From: Azolla caroliniana
Lineage: Eukaryota > Plantae > Polypodiophyta
Assembly (NCBI GenBank): GCA_043228905.1
Contig: JBHGNT010000014.1
Location: 12,028,001-12,092,000 of the forward strand
Direction of reading: 5' to 3'
DNA: 64,000 bases
Below are positions 38,356 through 48,771 of the stretch, piece by piece (the first letter of the stretch is position 1; each line of letters begins with the position of its first letter). Under the pieces are notes generated by a model. That model saw only the letters and a list, made by a program, of their open reading frames with translations, was not told where the DNA came from and did not search any database. Both the position numbers and the translations under genes were made by a program.

Positions 38356-38442
38356 AACAACCCTATAAGCCCTCGTATGAACGGGCAATTTTTGTAAATT
38401 GTTTTGTTTTGCCAAAGCCATGGTTACTCCACATTGTGAACC

Positions 38443-38482
38443 GTGGGTCCGACGAACAAGGTCCTATCCCACGGGCGTGCCA
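38443..38482 (+). other. tRNA-Arg 3'-end-like motif (inverted PBS) at the PPT position of B
   Basis: GTGGGTCCGACGAACAAGGTCCTATCCCACGGGCGTGCCA; 35/40 identical to 56441-56480. Confidence 0.8.
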
Positions 38483-38484
38483 GG

Positions 38485-38986
38485 TGTTGTCCATAGGCCA
38501 GAAATATAAATATATTATGTAAACTTGCCATTAGGTAAAAGAGTAGGTGAGGAAATAGGTAAGACTAGAAATAACCATTTTTGAACCCTCACAATCAGCC
38601 GATGGCTCGGCTTTGTCTAAAGGGGAAAACTATATAACCCGAGTTATGCATACTTCAAGGGGGGGATTATCTAGATCATTCGTAGCGAGAGTAATATCCT
38701 AGCAGCAAGCTCTGCACTAATTGTTTCCGGTTAAGAGCCGAGTACTGTACTCATTGGGAGCTCTATCATTTAATATAAGTTTCGTTTCTCTAATATTCTA
38801 TCTGTGTATTCTCCCCATACTCGTAAATCGAGCTACGTTTATGCCTAACGGGTTGTAGCCCGTGTACGCTCCTCGTTCTCTCTTCTTTTCTTCTTCCTCG
38901 TGTAGAAGAGGCTCCCACGTAACACGATTCCTTGACATCGATAGCCTGTGGGCTCATCGAAGGTGTTTCCGCAGAAACGGTTAACA
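38485..38986 (+). repeat. 3' LTR of B (start inferred)
   Basis: TGTTG..TAACA; last ~130 bp match 5010-5140; start placed by analogy to D. Confidence 0.7.
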
Positions 38987-40684
38987 ATTACTCCCAAATG
39001 CTATTGGTTTACCATCTTGATATAAGACGGCATCTATAGCATAATCATTTGTGCCACTTTCAACCTGAAATGTTTTTGAGGGATCTGGTAAAAGAAGCGA
39101 AGGAGCCTTGCACACCAGGTCCTTGAGTTCCTGAAAGGCGAGGTCTAGTGTAGTATTCCATACAATAGGTTTTGTAGACTTACGTGTTTGAACTTTTAGA
39201 AGATTAGTAAATGACATCGTCAATTGGGAATAATTGCGAAGAGATTTTCGCAAATCCTCGACAAACCCTAGGAATGATTGAATTTCTCGAATATTCCGAA
39301 GGATCAATTTTAACTCCTTGTTCGGTTATGAGATGTCCAAGATAAGTAATTGATTTCTTGAAGAACTCACATTTCAAGATCTTCGCATAAAACTGTTTCT
39401 CACGCAATGTTTGTAAAACAAAGCGGACATGTTTACTATGTTCTTCTAATGTACGACTATAAAGTAGAATATCATCCAAGAAAATAATGACAATTTTTTC
39501 ATGTTTTTCTCGGAAAATGTCATTCATTTCTTGTTGAAATGTGGTCGGAGCATTGGTCAAACTGAAAGATATAACCAAAAACTAAGAATGGCCACATCGC
39601 CTATGAAATTTTATTGTAGCTTGTACGAAGATAAAGTTTCATAAAATATTGAGCTTCCTAGAGATGGTCAATTAGATTGTCAACCCGGGGCAATGGATAT
39701 GAATTAATACACATACGCCATGTGCCCTCTTTCTTTTTTACCAAGAGAACAGATGCACCCCATGGAGATTTACTATAACGTATATAACCCATTCATAAAT
39801 AGTCCTTGAGTTTCTTAGATACCTCATCCTCTTTGGATCAACTTAAGCGATACAGAGGATACCTATTGGTGCAACGCAAGGTACAAGATCTATACGATGG
39901 TCTATAATACGTTTAGGAGGTAACCTATGTGGTAGTTCACTAGGAAAAACATCACAAAAATCATTTAAGATTTCATCGAGCCGTTGTTGTTCAAAATATG
40001 ACAAATGACATGAGACACTATCGATATTATAAATGTGAATGTTCGAATCAAGTTCACAATAGAATAAAGAAGAACAAGACAACTCGGATATTGATGGAGA
40101 GGAAACAATCGAAAGAGATTGTTTTTTAACACATTGAATAAAATGAGTACAATCGTTCAGTACAAAGGTAATGAAATGGTGAACCCAATCAATAGATAAA
40201 GAAGAGTTTTTATTATAAAAGTAGGGAATATCTAGTATTACATCAGTGGTACAAAGATTCATTACATGGAAGTTTACTTCCTCTATTTAAGTATCAATAG
40301 AAATTCCTAATGAATGAATTGCCCCGTTGATGTATTGTACTCTTCCATCAACGAAGTGCACCTTATAGGTGTGATCACTTATGGTGGTTTGGATTCCCCA
40401 TATCTGAACCAAACGATCATTCACAAAGTTATGTGAGCTTCCCAAAACAAATAAGAATTATACGGGAGATCCATTGATATACCCGTTTGTACATAATAAA
40501 TCATTGGGTCCCAATACATAGTGAGGGAAAGAACATTTACAATTACTTAAATGATGTGTATAGATCTCAAGAACATCAAGAATTTGACATTTATGGTTTG
40601 CAACTTTGGTTTTGTTGTCGTGCTCTTCTCGTTGGAGCTTCCGACATTGCTCTTTTGTATGACCCTTCTTTTTGCACAACACGT
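38987..40684 (-). pseudogene. Host gypsy gag end, protease, RT and RNase H
   Basis: ORF fragments 40458-40790, 39843-40262 (FPSELPHRLPPKRIIDHRIDLVP), 39204-39578 and 38981-39307. Confidence 0.88.
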
Positions 40685-41339
40685 TGTCGTAGTGTAATTC
40701 ACACACTACGTGAAATATGTAAAAAAATATATCCGATTGTAGTACACATAAATCAATAAAAGAAAATATTAAAAATATTGTTACATGCATAGGGCAGGAT
40801 TCAAACCCTGTACCTCCATGGTAATGATTTTAAACCTTACCATTGTACTAGCATATTATAAGTTTTAATATTATACTAAACTTTATCCCATGTAAATATT
40901 TTAGATAAGCATGATAGAAAAAGTTATTCATGCATACACACTCGAGTTAAAAGAAAAGATGTGATAGATAGCTAATTATGCACATGTAGTGTGCATGAAA
41001 ACTAAAGTTAGAAAAAGCATGATACTTGCATGTGATAAACTTAGACTCTTCCATCACTATATAAGGAAGAGAGAAAGATGTATATGGGTGTTGATTTTTT
41101 ATAAGGGTTGATTAATATAAGATATTCGTGGGGATTCACGATTTTGCCATCTACTTCTCTCTTACAATGTAAGTATCAATTAATACACTATACTTGTGGG
41201 ATTCACGAGTTTCATATCTTCATCTTGCAATCTATTCATAACAAGCTAACCTTATCTCATATTCTTCTTTCTCCTAGTCCAAAACCCCAGTGGTTCCCAC
41301 TCGACTCACACAAACGATCCGGCACCGAAAGGCACGACA
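40685..41339 (+). mobile_element. Solo LTR related to the E family
   Basis: TGTCGTAGTG..GGCACGACA termini as in E; TSD ACGT/ACGC; splits the host zinc knuckle. Confidence 0.92.
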
Positions 41340-41948
41340 ACGCAAAAAGGATTTTATCGCTTACAATCGTGATCCATGAATTCGTTGGGTGTGTTACATT
41401 TCCCGATGAATTGCGATTGCTTAGTCCTGAGCACTTTGGGTTTGTTATGGTCCTTCTTCGAAGTGCATTGATAAGGAAGAATGTTACGGGCCGGCAAGAA
41501 GGCTTAAGGAGGTCCAAACCACAGTGTGAAAGGAATAGTTATTCGGGAACTGTTGTAATTAGTAGTCTTAATATATATATTAATATATAAGAAGATGTGG
41601 ACGGACGGACCAGAATCGGTAAGCCGATCCGGATCTGGAACGATCCCGTAAAGGTGCCGGTTGGCACCGTTTTGTATTTCGCACCGGAGACCTATATAAA
41701 GGCCCGGTTACAATGTAATCAGGAGCGGATAATTAATAAAGCTTATTGTCTTAATCTTCCAGTGTTGATTACCGTTCTGTATTCATTGTTATATCTTACG
41801 TGTGTTAATTACGGATTGCTAAGTAACCAATTAAGGTCTAATTAAGCGTTGTGCCGTAAATCATTCTGCCGTACCACCCTTTGGTAAAGTGTCTTAAGTG
41901 GACACCCTGTGTTAGGCTGTTGTCCGGCCCTAGCAATAACATAGTTTT

Positions 41949-41958
41949 TGGCGACCAC
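41949..41958 (+). promoter_or_regulatory. PBS of D, tRNA-Arg(UCG)-type
   Basis: TGGCGACCAC 7 nt after the LTR; tRNA identity recalled, needs a check. Confidence 0.7.
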
Positions 41959-41992
41959 GATTCCTGCATAATCACAGTGAGCAGCGGCAGCA

Positions 41993-43267
41993 ATGGATGA
42001 CTAGGCCAACAAACGACCCGGTTACGGAGAGAGGATGAAGACTTGTTGAACGGAGATGGCGGCGAGAGGCTTTCCAGCAAGCAGCAAAAGAAATCCGAAC
42101 GGATCGATCATTTTCCAAAGTGATCCGGAAAAATTGCGGAGGAGTCGCTCTGTCTGCAACAAAACGCCTACCCGGACGAAGGAAGTAGCTTAAGCAGCCT
42201 CCGGGAAGCGGAAACACTTCTCCAGGCCTTGGTCGGAAGAGACAGCGAATCCGAAGCATTTTCAGCGCTGGAATCGGATTCGGAAGGGGGTTATAGCGCG
42301 CATACAAACTATCGCAGCAGTAACGACACCCCAGGTGGACCGGAGGACGAGGAGTCAGATACCTTACCGACACCGGAACCAGAGTTGGCAGACCGGGAAC
42401 CTCCGGCACTCGTCGTGGAGCAACCTCTGGAGACGAAAGTGCACCGGCAAAAACCTCCAACACCGGAAGTCGACCCGGCAACACCAAAGGAGGACCGGCA
42501 AAGACCTCAGACGCCGACAGAACAGCAGGAAAGACCACCGACACCGCCAGCCCGCGTACCGACACCGGACGACAACATGCCGTTCCAGTACTCCAAGTAT
42601 CGGGATGACCCGGACACGGAGGCTCATGTTCATGCATTTGAACAAACATGGGAAGCAAACCATGTGTCACAATGGTTAACCGCGGCAGAAGAGGAACGAT
42701 CTAAGATAGCTGAATTCGACGTGACATTGGAAGGACCGGCCGCCAAATGGCACCGGACGCAGGAGCGCAGCACCATCACCACCTTTGCGGACTTGAAAGA
42801 CAAATTCTTGCACTTCTTCCAGAAGGAGGTGGATCAACGAGAAATGGTGGGCTTATTTTATACAATTCGGCAGGACCCCGGGGAGAGCATCCCACAGTTT
42901 GTCATCCGGTTTCAACGGATGCATAGTCAACTTACCCGTGCACCTCCGGAGGAAGAAACACGGGCTATATTTTTAGCCGCGCTCCGGGAACCTCTACGAA
43001 CGGTATGCACGGTCATCGACTTTCGCACAAGCACCGTCGACAAGGTCATCGATCGGGTTAGAGAAATGGAGAAAATGAGCTCTTGGCTAACAATGGGAGC
43101 CCTCCAACGAGCATTACCAACCGATGAGGATCTTCGTTTCCGGTAAGCAATCCACTGCACGACCTGCTTGAATTCCGGACACTCGTCACTGGAGTGCACC
43201 ATGCGGACACACTGCTTACTCTGCCAATCTACGAGCCACACGATGGACCGGTGCGAATATAACTTAT
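41993..43267 (+). pseudogene. Gag N-part of D
   Basis: KYRDDPDTEAHVHAFEQTWEANH aligns to B gag; retrotransposon gag-like QDPGESIPQFVIRF; two CCHC knuckles. Confidence 0.85.
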
Positions 43268-43963
43268 TGTTGGGATTACGGTCCCTCCGGATGGGATGGT
43301 CGGATGTCCGGGAATCGGGAATGAAGACCCGAATGAGGAGTACCTGGTATCGGAGCCGGATGATGAAGACCCGGTTCCGGATCCGGATGATGAAGACCCC
43401 GGCTCCGGATCCGGATGATGAAGACCCCGGCTACGGAGCCGGATGACGAATGTACCCAGAGAGAGATCCGGATGCGGGGACATATTTGTGAATATGTTTG
43501 CCAAGGGCCCTTGAGGCTATATTTGTAAATAGCCCGAAAGTCATATGTGTATAAATATGACTTAGGGCAAACAGTTTTGTGGTTGTTGCTCATTTTTTCT
43601 GTTTTCCACTTAGAGGGAGCGAAGTGAGAGCAGCCGAGAGAGAGAGTGAGAGACAGAGAGAAAGGAAGAGGTAGACGCCTCTGTGTAATACCGCCGCCTG
43701 TGGCGAGGACAGCGAGCTCAAGGTCGTCGCCTTGCAGCTCGCCATTGTACATTCCCTGCGTATAGTGATAGTTGGAGTCTTACACTCCCGTGGTTTTTCC
43801 CGTCTAGGGTTTTCCACGCTAAACCCTGTGCATTCGAGTCTCTCTCTGTGTTTTCGATTTTCTGCTGCATTGATTCGTGTTTCCTCGGTTGTGGTCGAGA
43901 GGTGAAGAAATTGAAAGTGTCAATTCCTAACAATCTGGTATCAGAGCGACTGCAGTGCAGAAA

Positions 43964-46900
43964 ATGGAAGGCGGCAGCAGCGGGCAGCCTGGGATGATAG
44001 TGCTGAATGCGCAGAACTACGCCGACTGGAAGATAAAGATGGAGGATCTGCTCATTGTTCGGGACCTGTATGAACCGATCGACAGGTCGGAAATACCCAA
44101 GGGGGTACTTGAGACGGAATGGAGGCTTCTGAACCGGAAAGCCGTTGCAACCATTCGGCAATACGTCGACGTGAGCGTTCTACAACATGTGGCGAACGAC
44201 ACCAACGCATATGAGATGTGGCAGAAGCTGTCGGGCCTCTACGAGAGGAAGAATGCGTTGAACCGGACCTCCCTGATGAGGAAGATAGTGAACCTCAAGT
44301 ACCGGGACGGCGAGAGTATGGTGGAACACGTAAGCACGTTCATGGGATTCGTGAACCAGCTTGCGGCGATCAAGTTCCCGTTGGAGGATGCAATGCAAGC
44401 CATCATCCTGATGTGTACATTGCCGGCAAGCTGGGAGAACTTGGTGGTGACTCTCAGCACCTCCTGCACCGAAGATAACTTGTCCCTACAAACGGTAAAG
44501 ACAAGCATTTTGAACGAAGAAGCGCGTCGGAGAGATAAAGAACCGGCCTTCGATCCGAAGATGCTGCTTTCCGAATCGGATCGGGGAAGACAACGGAACC
44601 GGAGTCCGCAAAGACGAGAGAAGTCGGGGACCCGGTCGCAGTCAAGAGGAAGGCCCACATGCTTCCACTGTGGGAAGCCGGGGCACTTCCGAAAGAATTG
44701 TCGGCATTACCGAAAAGACAACGGAGCCGACGACACCGATTTGAAGAAGTCTTCGGAACGGAACGGTGCTTACCGGGGAGCCACGGACCGGAATGGTTCG
44801 GATCGGCGAGGGCAGGACCGGAAAGGAACGACGGCACTCGCGGCAAGTGAAGAGGAGATCATGCTCATCACCAAAGAAGGTGAACTAAACATTGCCGGCG
44901 ATGAGACTACCTGGGTGGTCGATTCCGGAGCGTCGTTCCACCTGACCCCAGAAAGAAGATACTTCTCATCCTACACAGTCGGTGAGCATGGCTGTGTTCG
45001 GATGGGAAATGAAGGTACATGCCGGATTGCCGGCATAGGAGACGTGTGGTTGACAACCTCGACCGGATGCAAAATGTTGCTGAAGGATGTCCGACACGTT
45101 CCGGAGGTTCGATTGAACCTGATTTCGGCCGGGAGGCTAGACGATGAAGGCTACACAGGTAGCATCCGGAACGGCGTAATGAAGTTCAGCAAGGGGAGCC
45201 TGATAGTGGCTCGGGCCCGGAAAGTCAACACACTGTACCTTATGAGTGCTTGGTTGTGTCCGGAGGAGTTGAACGTGGCAACCGACACTGCCGGTGAGCT
45301 GTGGCACAAGAGACTGTGCCACATGAGTGAGAAGGGGATGAAGAGGCTTGCAGAAGACAACCTTATTCCAGTGAAGCACGTGCACCTGGAGAAGTGCACC
45401 GATTGCCTGGCCGGTAAGCAGAACCGAACCTCCTTCCACTCAAGGCCACCGACGAGACGTAGCGCACCATTGGAGTTGGTGCACACTGACGTGTGTCAAG
45501 TAGAAACGAAGTCACATGGCGGAGCCCAGTACTTCGTGACATTCATTGATGACCACAGCCGGAAGCTGTGGACGGCACCGTTGAAGACAAAGGACCAAGT
45601 GTTGTGCGTCTTCAAAGAACTCCACGCGAGAGTGGAAAGGGAATTCGGCAAGAAGCTGAAAGCGATACGAGCAGATAACGGAGGGGAATACCGGGGGCAG
45701 TTCGAGGAGTACTGTCGCTCGAAGGGAATCCGGCTCGAGTTTACTGTGCCGAAGACGCCGAATCTGAACGGGCTGGCCGAGAGAATGAACCGGACCATAA
45801 TGGAGAGGGTCCGGAGTATGCTGGCGCATGCGAAATTACCCAAGGGGTTTTGGGCTGAGGCAATGTCGACGGCGACATACGTGATAAACAGATCACCCTC
45901 AGTACCTTTGGACGGAGACACGCCGCAGAGAGTGTGGACCGGTAGGGAAGTATCCTACCGGCATCTGAAGGTGTTCGGGTGTCTCGCATATGTGCATGTG
46001 GCAAAGGACCGGAGAGGAAAGCTAGATCCAAAGACCCGGCCATGCATATTCCTCGGTTACGGCGATGACGAGTTCGGCTACCGTGTATGGGACCCGGTCG
46101 ACAAAAGGATATTCCGGAGTCGTGATATCATCTTCATGGAGGACAAGACACTCGCCGACTGGGAGTCGGAGAAGAAGATGAAGAGCTCCAAGTCGACCAG
46201 TGAGGATCAACTCTACAAGGAGCAGTCCCGACCGGCAAGGGACCGGTTAGCACTCGAGGATCCGGCCGAAGACGGTGAAGAAACAGAACCGGCCGAGGAA
46301 GATGAAACTGATACCGGACCCGGCCCCGATCCCGAAATGGATTCGGATGAAGAGGAAACGGAGGAGCCGGTTACCGAAGCTCCGGAATGGAGATATCCTC
46401 TAAGAGAGAGAAGGGCCCCCCGGAGATTTCCGGAACCAGAGCACGTGCTGCTAACCGACGAGGGGGAGCCGGAGAGTTTTGAAGAAGCAAAGCTTGACAC
46501 CCATAGCCGCAGGTGGTTAAGTGCCATGCAGGAGGAGATGGATTCCCTGCATGAGAACCACACATATGAACTTGTGGAGTTGCCGAAAGGAAAGCGGGCA
46601 CTTCGAAACAAGTGGGTGTTCAAGCTGAAACCGGGAGATGCCGGAAACCCCCCGAGATACAAAGCCAGGATCGTGGTGAAGGGGTTCCAGCAGAAGAAGG
46701 GCGTCGACTTCGACGAGATATTTGCCCCGGTAGTGAAGATGACCTCCATCCGGACGGTGCTGAGCATAGCGGCAAGCATGGACCTCGAGGTAGAACAGAT
46801 GGACGTGAAGACGGCATTCCTTCACGGTGACCTCGAAGAAGAGATCTACATGCAGCAACCGGAAGGATTCGAGAAGAAAGGGAAGGAGCACCTGGTATGC

Positions 46901-48037
46901 CGGTTGAAGAAGAGCCTTTACGGACTGAAGCAGGCTCCCCGGCAATGGTACCGGAAGTTCGACTCTTTCATGACCGACGAAGGGTACCACAAAACGCAGT
47001 CCGATCACTGCGTGTTTGTGAAGAAGTTCGAAGGAGGAGACTTTCTAATACTCCTCCTGTACGTGGACGACATGTTGATCGTCGGACGGGACCAGGTCAA
47101 GATACGGATGCTGAAGAAAGCGCTTCACCGAACCTTCTCAATGAAGGACCTGGGTCCGGCGAGGCAAATACTAGGGATGCACATCATCCGGGACCGGAAG
47201 AAGAAGCAGTTGTGGCTGTCACAGGAGAAGTACGTGACAAAGGTCCTTCACCGGTTCAACATGTCGGAAGCAAGACCGGTCGGGTCAACCCTCCCGGCAA
47301 ACTGCAAGTTGTCCAGCAAGCAAACCCCCAAGACAAAGGCTGAGAAGGAGGACATGATGAAAGTACCATATGCCTCTGCCGTCGGAAGCTTGATGTACGC
47401 AATGGTGTGTACAAGACCGGACATAGGATATGCAGTCGGAGTGGTGAGCCAGTACATGAGCAATCCCAGCAAAGAGCACTGGAACGCGGCCAAGTGGATA
47501 ATCCGATACCTGAAGGGCACGGCAAACGTGTGCCTCCGATTCGGCTCCGGTAAGCCCGAACTCGATGGCTTTACCGATTCGGATATGTCGGCTGATGCAG
47601 ATACCAGCCGGTCCACATCAGGGTATGTGATGACGTATGCAGGGGGAGCTGTTTCGTGGCAGTCGAGGCTGCAGAAGACGGTTGCATTGTCAACCACGGA
47701 GGCGGAGTACATGGCGGCTGTTGAAGCCGGCAAGGAAATGATATGGATGAAGGACTTCATTAGAGAGCTCGGTATCCGGCAGGAGGAGTACCGACTCTAC
47801 TGCGACAGTCAGAGTGCCATCCACCTTGCGAAGAACGCGGCCTATCACTCCCAGACGAAGCACATCCAGCGAAGATATCACTGGATCCGGGAAAGGATAG
47901 AAGACCAGGAGTTCGTGCTGACGAAGATCCACACGGACGAGAACGGTTCAGACATGCTGACCAAAGTGCTCACACCCGACAAGCTGGAAGCGTGCCGGAA
48001 GAGGGTCGGACTGGAAAGACATCCCATGCCGAAGTGA
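43964..48037 (+). CDS. Intact copia gag-pol polyprotein (1357 aa)
   Basis: Single ORF: CFHCGKPGHFRKNC, WVVDSGAS, LWHKRLCH, VHTDVC, RADNGGEY, QMDVKTAFLHG, LYVDD, KHIQRRYHWIRE. Confidence 0.96.
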   Translation: MEGGSSGQPGMIVLNAQNYADWKIKMEDLLIVRDLYEPIDRSEIPKGVLETEWRLLNRKAVATIRQYVDVSVLQHVANDTNAYEMWQKLSGLYERKNALNRTSLMRKIVNLKYRDGESMVEHVSTFMGFVNQLAAIKFPLEDAMQAIILMCTLPASWENLVVTLSTSCTEDNLSLQTVKTSILNEEARRRDKEPAFDPKMLLSESDRGRQRNRSPQRREKSGTRSQSRGRPTCFHCGKPGHFRKNCRHYRKDNGADDTDLKKSSERNGAYRGATDRNGSDRRGQDRKGTTALAASEEEIMLITKEGELNIAGDETTWVVDSGASFHLTPERRYFSSYTVGEHGCVRMGNEGTCRIAGIGDVWLTTSTGCKMLLKDVRHVPEVRLNLISAGRLDDEGYTGSIRNGVMKFSKGSLIVARARKVNTLYLMSAWLCPEELNVATDTAGELWHKRLCHMSEKGMKRLAEDNLIPVKHVHLEKCTDCLAGKQNRTSFHSRPPTRRSAPLELVHTDVCQVETKSHGGAQYFVTFIDDHSRKLWTAPLKTKDQVLCVFKELHARVEREFGKKLKAIRADNGGEYRGQFEEYCRSKGIRLEFTVPKTPNLNGLAERMNRTIMERVRSMLAHAKLPKGFWAEAMSTATYVINRSPSVPLDGDTPQRVWTGREVSYRHLKVFGCLAYVHVAKDRRGKLDPKTRPCIFLGYGDDEFGYRVWDPVDKRIFRSRDIIFMEDKTLADWESEKKMKSSKSTSEDQLYKEQSRPARDRLALEDPAEDGEETEPAEEDETDTGPGPDPEMDSDEEETEEPVTEAPEWRYPLRERRAPRRFPEPEHVLLTDEGEPESFEEAKLDTHSRRWLSAMQEEMDSLHENHTYELVELPKGKRALRNKWVFKLKPGDAGNPPRYKARIVVKGFQQKKGVDFDEIFAPVVKMTSIRTVLSIAASMDLEVEQMDVKTAFLHGDLEEEIYMQQPEGFEKKGKEHLVCRLKKSLYGLKQAPRQWYRKFDSFMTDEGYHKTQSDHCVFVKKFEGGDFLILLLYVDDMLIVGRDQVKIRMLKKALHRTFSMKDLGPARQILGMHIIRDRKKKQLWLSQEKYVTKVLHRFNMSEARPVGSTLPANCKLSSKQTPKTKAEKEDMMKVPYASAVGSLMYAMVCTRPDIGYAVGVVSQYMSNPSKEHWNAAKWIIRYLKGTANVCLRFGSGKPELDGFTDSDMSADADTSRSTSGYVMTYAGGAVSWQSRLQKTVALSTTEAEYMAAVEAGKEMIWMKDFIRELGIRQEEYRLYCDSQSAIHLAKNAAYHSQTKHIQRRYHWIRERIEDQEFVLTKIHTDENGSDMLTKVLTPDKLEACRKRVGLERHPMPK

Positions 48038-48135
48038 AGGGGGAGTTTGTTGGGATTACGGTCCCTCCGGATGGGATGGTCGGATGTCCGGGAATCGGGA
48101 ATGAAGACCCGAATGAGGAGTACCCGGTATCGGAG

Positions 48136-48280
48136 CCGGATGATGAAGACCCGGTTCCGGAGCCGGATGATGAAGACCCGGTTCCGGATCCGGATGATGA
48201 AGACCCGGTTCCGGATCCGGATGATGAAGACCCCGGCTCCGGATCCGGATGATGAAGACCCCGGCTACGGAGCCGGATGA
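48136..48280 (+). repeat. 27-28 bp tandem repeat in U3 of H LTR (5 units here, 3 units at 43356-43446)
   Basis: Unit CCGGATGATGAAGACCCGGTTCCGGA(T/G); explains the 54-bp LTR length difference. Confidence 0.9.
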
Positions 48281-48771
48281 CGAATGTACCCGGAGAGAGA
48301 TCCGGATGCGGGGACATATTTGTGAATATGTTTGCCAAGGGCCCTTGAGGCTATATTTGTAAATAGCCCGAAAGTCATATGTGTATAAATATGACTTAGG
48401 GCAAACAGTTTTGTGGTTGTTGCTCATTTTTTCTGTTTTCCACTTAGAGGGAGCGAAGTGAGAGCAGCCGAGAGAGAGAGTGAGAGATAGAGAGAAAGGA
48501 AGAGGTAGACGCCTCTGTGTAATACCGCCGCCTGTGGCGAGGACAGCGAGCTCAAGGTCGTCGCCTTGCAGCTCGCCATTGTACATTCCCTGCGTATAGT
48601 GATAGTTGGAGTCTTACACTCCCGTGGTTTTTCCCGTCTAGGGTTTTCCACGCTAAACCCTGTGCATTCGAGTCTCTCTCTGTGTTTTCGATTTTCTGCT
48701 GCATTGATTCGTGTTTCCTCAGTTGTGGTCGAGAGGTGAAGAAATTGAAAGCGTCAATTCCTAACACTTAT

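Larger units (their letters stand above)
5010..38986 (+). mobile_element. Ty3/gypsy non-chromovirus element B (Athila/Phygy/Selgy-like) with extra 3' ORF; hosts four insertions
   Basis: Truncated 5' LTR 5010-5140 matches the end of the 3' LTR (38857-38986). PBS TGGCACGCCCGGT 5146-5158. Gag, PR (IIDGGSGVNVI), RT (KKNGKIRVCVDYRKLN), RNase H and IN (FQKWGLDFV) become continuous once insertions are removed. Confidence 0.9.
43268..48766 (+). mobile_element. Ty1/copia element H (Tork/Tnt1-like), intact
   Basis: LTRs 43268-43932 and 48048-48766; TSD CTTAT; Met PBS 43936-43947; PPT GAAGGGGGAG 48036-48045. Confidence 0.97.

Noticed and set aside
48136-48280. 27-bp repeats as CRISPR array or hammerhead ribozyme
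   Set aside because: Head-to-tail units with no spacers, inside an LTR; GGATGATGA is not the CTGATGA core and no GAAA/stem arrangement follows.
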